A stretch of 64,000 bases of DNA from Methanoregula sp. (GTDB lineage Archaea; Halobacteriota; Methanomicrobia; Methanomicrobiales; Methanospirillaceae): positions 30,059 to 94,058 of the forward strand of contig JAJRBZ010000069.1 of NCBI GenBank assembly GCA_028679185.1, written 5' to 3'. Position 1 is the stretch's first letter, and every line of letters starts with the position of its first letter. This document shows positions 60,788-64,000 of this stretch, in pieces. A program made the translations under genes and the position numbers. The notes beneath the pieces are model-generated. The model ran no database searches. It saw nothing but the letters and a program-made list of their open reading frames with translations, and had not been told where the DNA came from.

Positions 60788-61756
60788 TTAATATATTTCA
60801 ACCCCTTCATCCATCGGTTCTGAGAGCAGTTCACCGGTAAATGCATTAATCTCGACAATTTTTTTGCCCCGTATCTGCCAGACCGGAATATAGACCTGCT
60901 GTGTATCAACAGAGATATTTTTCTTTTCTGGTTTGAGGATCTTCTCTTCGTAAAATATTGCGTCACCTTTCTCCTGTTTGATACGGACCTTCTGGGTGAG
61001 CCGGTCGATCAGTTCGTTGATAATCCTTTCTGTTGCTTCATCTTTCCGGATATGGGGTTCGGAGACTTCAGCCCCTCCGGGGATCTCATTTTCCTCGACT
61101 AACGTCTCATCCAGATCGATCTTTATACCATTGATTGCATTTATCGCACCCCATCCGTCGGCATCAAATGGAATGCGTCTGTCCTTGTAGATCTGTTCGC
61201 CGCTGCTGGTGTAATGAAAGAGGTAATATGGTATGAACCTGAGTTTTGCTGTCCCCTGAACTCCCCCTTTCCGGATTGCAGCCTGTTCGGTGATCTTTAT
61301 CGGGTAATGCGGGATGATGATGCCGGAAGGCACTTCTTTCTGGACTGCTTCCTTCCCGGCAGATTCAGCTGCAACCGGTGCTTTTTTACCTTTTGACGGT
61401 TTGAGATCAAGTGCCAGTTCCCGGTCAAGTATATCTGCAAGCACTGCTTCGCCGGTATACCTTACAAATTCGTCGACTCCCCAATGGATGCAGTTTTCAG
61501 TTACAATATCCTTATCTATAGAAAAAAGGAGTTTTTTGCAGGTCATCTCATGATCGTCGATCATGAGGCTGTAATTTGTTTTGTCAAACTGGCTGATAAG
61601 GGTACTGTCATTTGAACAGAGCACCAGAAGGCAGGTATCGTCGCGTACCGCAGAAAGGTCAAGGGGGTCATCCACTTCTTCGACCTCAAAACGGGCGGCT
61701 TCAAGAATAAGTCGCATTGCATGTTTAGCTTTTTCCCGCATATCGTGTTCCATCAT
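60788..61756 (-). CDS. Hypothetical protein
   Basis: 322-aa ORF with no stronger competitor in this interval; no family recognised. Confidence 0.75.
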   Translation of the reverse strand: MMEHDMREKAKHAMRLILEAARFEVEEVDDPLDLSAVRDDTCLLVLCSNDSTLISQFDKTNYSLMIDDHEMTCKKLLFSIDKDIVTENCIHWGVDEFVRYTGEAVLADILDRELALDLKPSKGKKAPVAAESAGKEAVQKEVPSGIIIPHYPIKITEQAAIRKGGVQGTAKLRFIPYYLFHYTSSGEQIYKDRRIPFDADGWGAINAINGIKIDLDETLVEENEIPGGAEVSEPHIRKDEATERIINELIDRLTQKVRIKQEKGDAIFYEEKILKPEKKNISVDTQQVYIPVWQIRGKKIVEINAFTGELLSEPMDEGVEIY

Positions 61757-61798
61757 AAATAAATTGCCATGGTCTTATAGAACAATTTTTCTATTGCG

Positions 61799-62563
61799 AT
61801 GTCCGAAATTACTATAATGACCGTCCCGCTCAAATTTGTCAACCACAGCATTGAAGATTATGCAATGCAGGTGACTTTTGATCCGGTTTCAGATGAAGGC
61901 AAGGTCGTTTATAACTTATCAGTTATTAAAAATGAAGATCTCGACTATGCAATATCGACGCTTAACGACGCCCATAAAACCGGTGTTACTGTCAGTGGAC
62001 GTGTCAAATTTTTCACTTCCGGTGAAAAAATTGCCGATTATACCGTCCCGAAAGGATTCACTGCTATCTGTACGATATGCAGTATAACCTTTGATGGACT
62101 TCTTATCAGGCATGGAATTCCTATCAATTCCATCGGAGGAGGTGTTGTCGAAATAGAAAAACGTACTCCTATCCGTTTTACCCACATTATCCTGTATGAA
62201 CATACAACCATTGATCCCCTCCAGGTGCTTATTTCCCAGAAAACTACTTCCGTTACTAATGTAATGCGAACCGGAAGCGGATCTATTCTTGCAAATATCA
62301 GGGAGTTCCACATGGAGGCCGAACCACAGGTCGGCACGGTACTGGATGAACTCTCAAACAGCAGTCTTTCCGGGATTTTAGAGGTGGGAATGCCAAACCT
62401 TCCGCTTCTCGGTGTACCCGTTAGCCCGCAATTCGTTGCAATCGCAGCCGTGGGCGGGACAAATCCACTGGCTTCAATTAAGGAAAGTGGTCGCTGGATC
62501 CAGATCCAGGCAATGAAAGGTTTGATGGAAATATCAAAGATGCAGGAAATCAGGGATTTTTAA
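61799..62563 (+). CDS. nrpRII: NrpR regulatory (DUF128) domain protein lacking HTH (NrpRII-like)
   Basis: VTFDP...GKVVYN, TICSITFDGLL, TTIDPL, GSILANIRE, GGTNPL; no N-terminal wHTH. Confidence 0.8.
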   Translation: MSEITIMTVPLKFVNHSIEDYAMQVTFDPVSDEGKVVYNLSVIKNEDLDYAISTLNDAHKTGVTVSGRVKFFTSGEKIADYTVPKGFTAICTICSITFDGLLIRHGIPINSIGGGVVEIEKRTPIRFTHIILYEHTTIDPLQVLISQKTTSVTNVMRTGSGSILANIREFHMEAEPQVGTVLDELSNSSLSGILEVGMPNLPLLGVPVSPQFVAIAAVGGTNPLASIKESGRWIQIQAMKGLMEISKMQEIRDF

Positions 62564-62579
62564 TACAACTGATCATTTT

Positions 62580-63353
62580 TCATCCCTTTTTAACCCAGTC
62601 GAAGATCAGATTATAATAACGAACAAAGAAACGGACAAATCCTTCAGATTCCGAAAACAGTGCCACTGCTTCATCCCCCAATCCCACAATAACCATTACA
62701 GAACGACTGTCGATTATACAGACGCCCCCCGTCATTATATCCTTTGCTTTATCGAGATCTTTGGGTATTTCTGGATGCTTCATGATATATATTTTCATTT
62801 TTTTGGGAATATTTCCCGTCCAGTGATGCGTGATAATTTCAACACTTATGGTGTTTGCCTTTGATGTGAGTTTCCCTATACTGTCATGTGATAAAATCTG
62901 GGGGTGAGCAATAATTCTGATCTCCTGCCTCGCATCTGAAATGAGATCAGAAAACCTTTTTTTGATTTTTTCAATGCCATAGATATTCCAGATGAGCTCC
63001 TCACTTTCAGGTCCCGGGCTGAGCCGTTCACGATATATCACTGATAAGAAATCCCGTGCATCCTGAGCATCCCTTTCAATACGGCCCATCAGCCTGGCTA
63101 TGGCCTCATCCGGAGAAATGGAAGCAAACCGTTTAGGTGCAGACTGAGAGACCGAGACAAGTCCTTTATCCAGCAGCTGATCAATCACGGTATAAACCGA
63201 TGCGCGTGGAACTCCGGAGATCTCATGGATTTCACTTGCCGTCGCACTTACAATCTTCAGGAGAGCAATATATACACGTGCCTCATATTTTGTCAGGCCG
63301 AGTGATTCGAGACATTCAATAACCCTGGCCTGACTTTCTGACGGCAGTTCCAT
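62580..63353 (-). CDS. TrmB family transcriptional regulator
   Basis: LGLTKYEARVYIALL...EISGVPRASVYTVIDQLLDKGLV. Confidence 0.9.
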   Translation of the reverse strand: MELPSESQARVIECLESLGLTKYEARVYIALLKIVSATASEIHEISGVPRASVYTVIDQLLDKGLVSVSQSAPKRFASISPDEAIARLMGRIERDAQDARDFLSVIYRERLSPGPESEELIWNIYGIEKIKKRFSDLISDARQEIRIIAHPQILSHDSIGKLTSKANTISVEIITHHWTGNIPKKMKIYIMKHPEIPKDLDKAKDIMTGGVCIIDSRSVMVIVGLGDEAVALFSESEGFVRFFVRYYNLIFDWVKKG

Positions 63354-63385
63354 TAAAACATCACTTTATATCCTGTAATATTAAA

Positions 63386-63407
63386 TGTTGTTATAATAAT
63401 AACAACA
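63386..63407. promoter_or_regulatory. Perfect inverted repeat TGTTGTTAT-N4-ATAACAACA over a TATA-like box; candidate TrmB operator
   Basis: 9-bp arms at 63386-94 and 63399-407 in the 68-nt divergent intergenic region; TTATAATA at 63391-98. Confidence 0.65.
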
Positions 63408-63421
63408 AGTGGGATTCATTC

Positions 63422-64000
63422 ATGAAATATTCTGGAGTAATAATCGTTTTTCTTGTTATGGGGCTATGGTACAGCTCACCAGTCATGGGTGTGACCACCT
63501 ATCTTGGCGGGAGCCCCCAGATGTCGGCTGCAATATCAGGGATCAATGAATTTATTCCGGGGCAGGATGCAATCATAAAGATTACCGTCTGGAATAGTGG
63601 GGTGAACGACCTCAAATTCGTGACGAAAGGAACGATCGATCGTGACGATTTACCTACAACTGCAAAAATGGTTACAATCGGGCTTTTTGCCGGGGATGCC
63701 CCAATAATTGTGAAAAGCGATCCCCAGGTGGTCGGGGATATACAAAGTCAGGGTACGGCAATTGTGGCAATTTCTATAAAAATCACTTCCAATGCCACTG
63801 TGGGCGAGTACCAGATACCTCTCAGCATCTCGTATACCTATCTCGCATCATCAGATCAGGATGCAAGTGATACCCTCCGGTATAATTACAAACAAATAAA
63901 TGAAACAATTCCGATCACGATAAAAGTCAAACCGCAGGTAAAGATAGAAATCCTTGAAGTCCTGCCGGAAAACCTGAACGTGGGAGCTGAGGGATACCTG
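63422..64000 (+). CDS. Secreted S-layer-domain (COG1361-like) protein, 3' end outside window
   Basis: Manual translation MKYSGVIIVFLVMGLW...EFIPGQDAIIKITVWNSG...GEYQIPLSISYTY; open to the window end. Confidence 0.8.
   Translation, partial: MKYSGVIIVFLVMGLWYSSPVMGVTTYLGGSPQMSAAISGINEFIPGQDAIIKITVWNSGVNDLKFVTKGTIDRDDLPTTAKMVTIGLFAGDAPIIVKSDPQVVGDIQSQGTAIVAISIKITSNATVGEYQIPLSISYTYLASSDQDASDTLRYNYKQINETIPITIKVKPQVKIEILEVLPENLNVGAEGYL

Noticed and set aside
1-64000. CRISPR arrays, IS/transposases, integrases, reverse transcriptases, rRNA, replication-origin ORB boxes
   Set aside because: No regularly spaced repeats or diagnostic motifs seen by eye; the AT-rich tract at 34380-34560 has no ORB-like sequence or adjacent cdc6

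Overview
64 kb of an archaeal chromosome, most likely a hydrogenotrophic methanogen of the Methanomicrobiales (Methanoregula-like). This is inferred from thiol:fumarate reductase tfrAB, an NrpRII-type regulator, the A1Ao ATP synthase operon, thermosome, LonB, SepF/ZPR1, Sm-L37e and archaeal tRNAs lacking encoded CCA. Mostly housekeeping: argC-CBS-argJ-argB, tfrAB, aspartate kinase-purM, purF, prs-rtcA-nob1-gfcR-thermosome, lonB-tldD-pmbA, atpHIKECFABD, pgk, rlmH, class II lysS, tRNA-iMet(CAT) and tRNA-Ser(CGA). Accessory parts: (i) a redox/oxygen-defence block (about 3-9.3 kb and 16.7-19.8 kb) with a frameshifted Trx-Trx-CcdA gene, three iron-sulfur flavoproteins, peroxiredoxin, a Cys-less CMD protein, a 42-aa desulforedoxin missed by the ORF track, rubrerythrin and a glutaredoxin-TrxR fusion; (ii) large secreted/surface proteins (propeller-PEGA-M64-like metallopeptidase, Ig/VWA protein, LamG protein) plus radC; (iii) a small GC-rich islet abutting the rlmH stop codon; (iv) a TrmB regulator with a perfect 9-bp inverted repeat over its divergent promoter. 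No CRISPR array, integrase, transposase or rRNA was seen. All family assignments come from motif recognition by eye; no database search was run.
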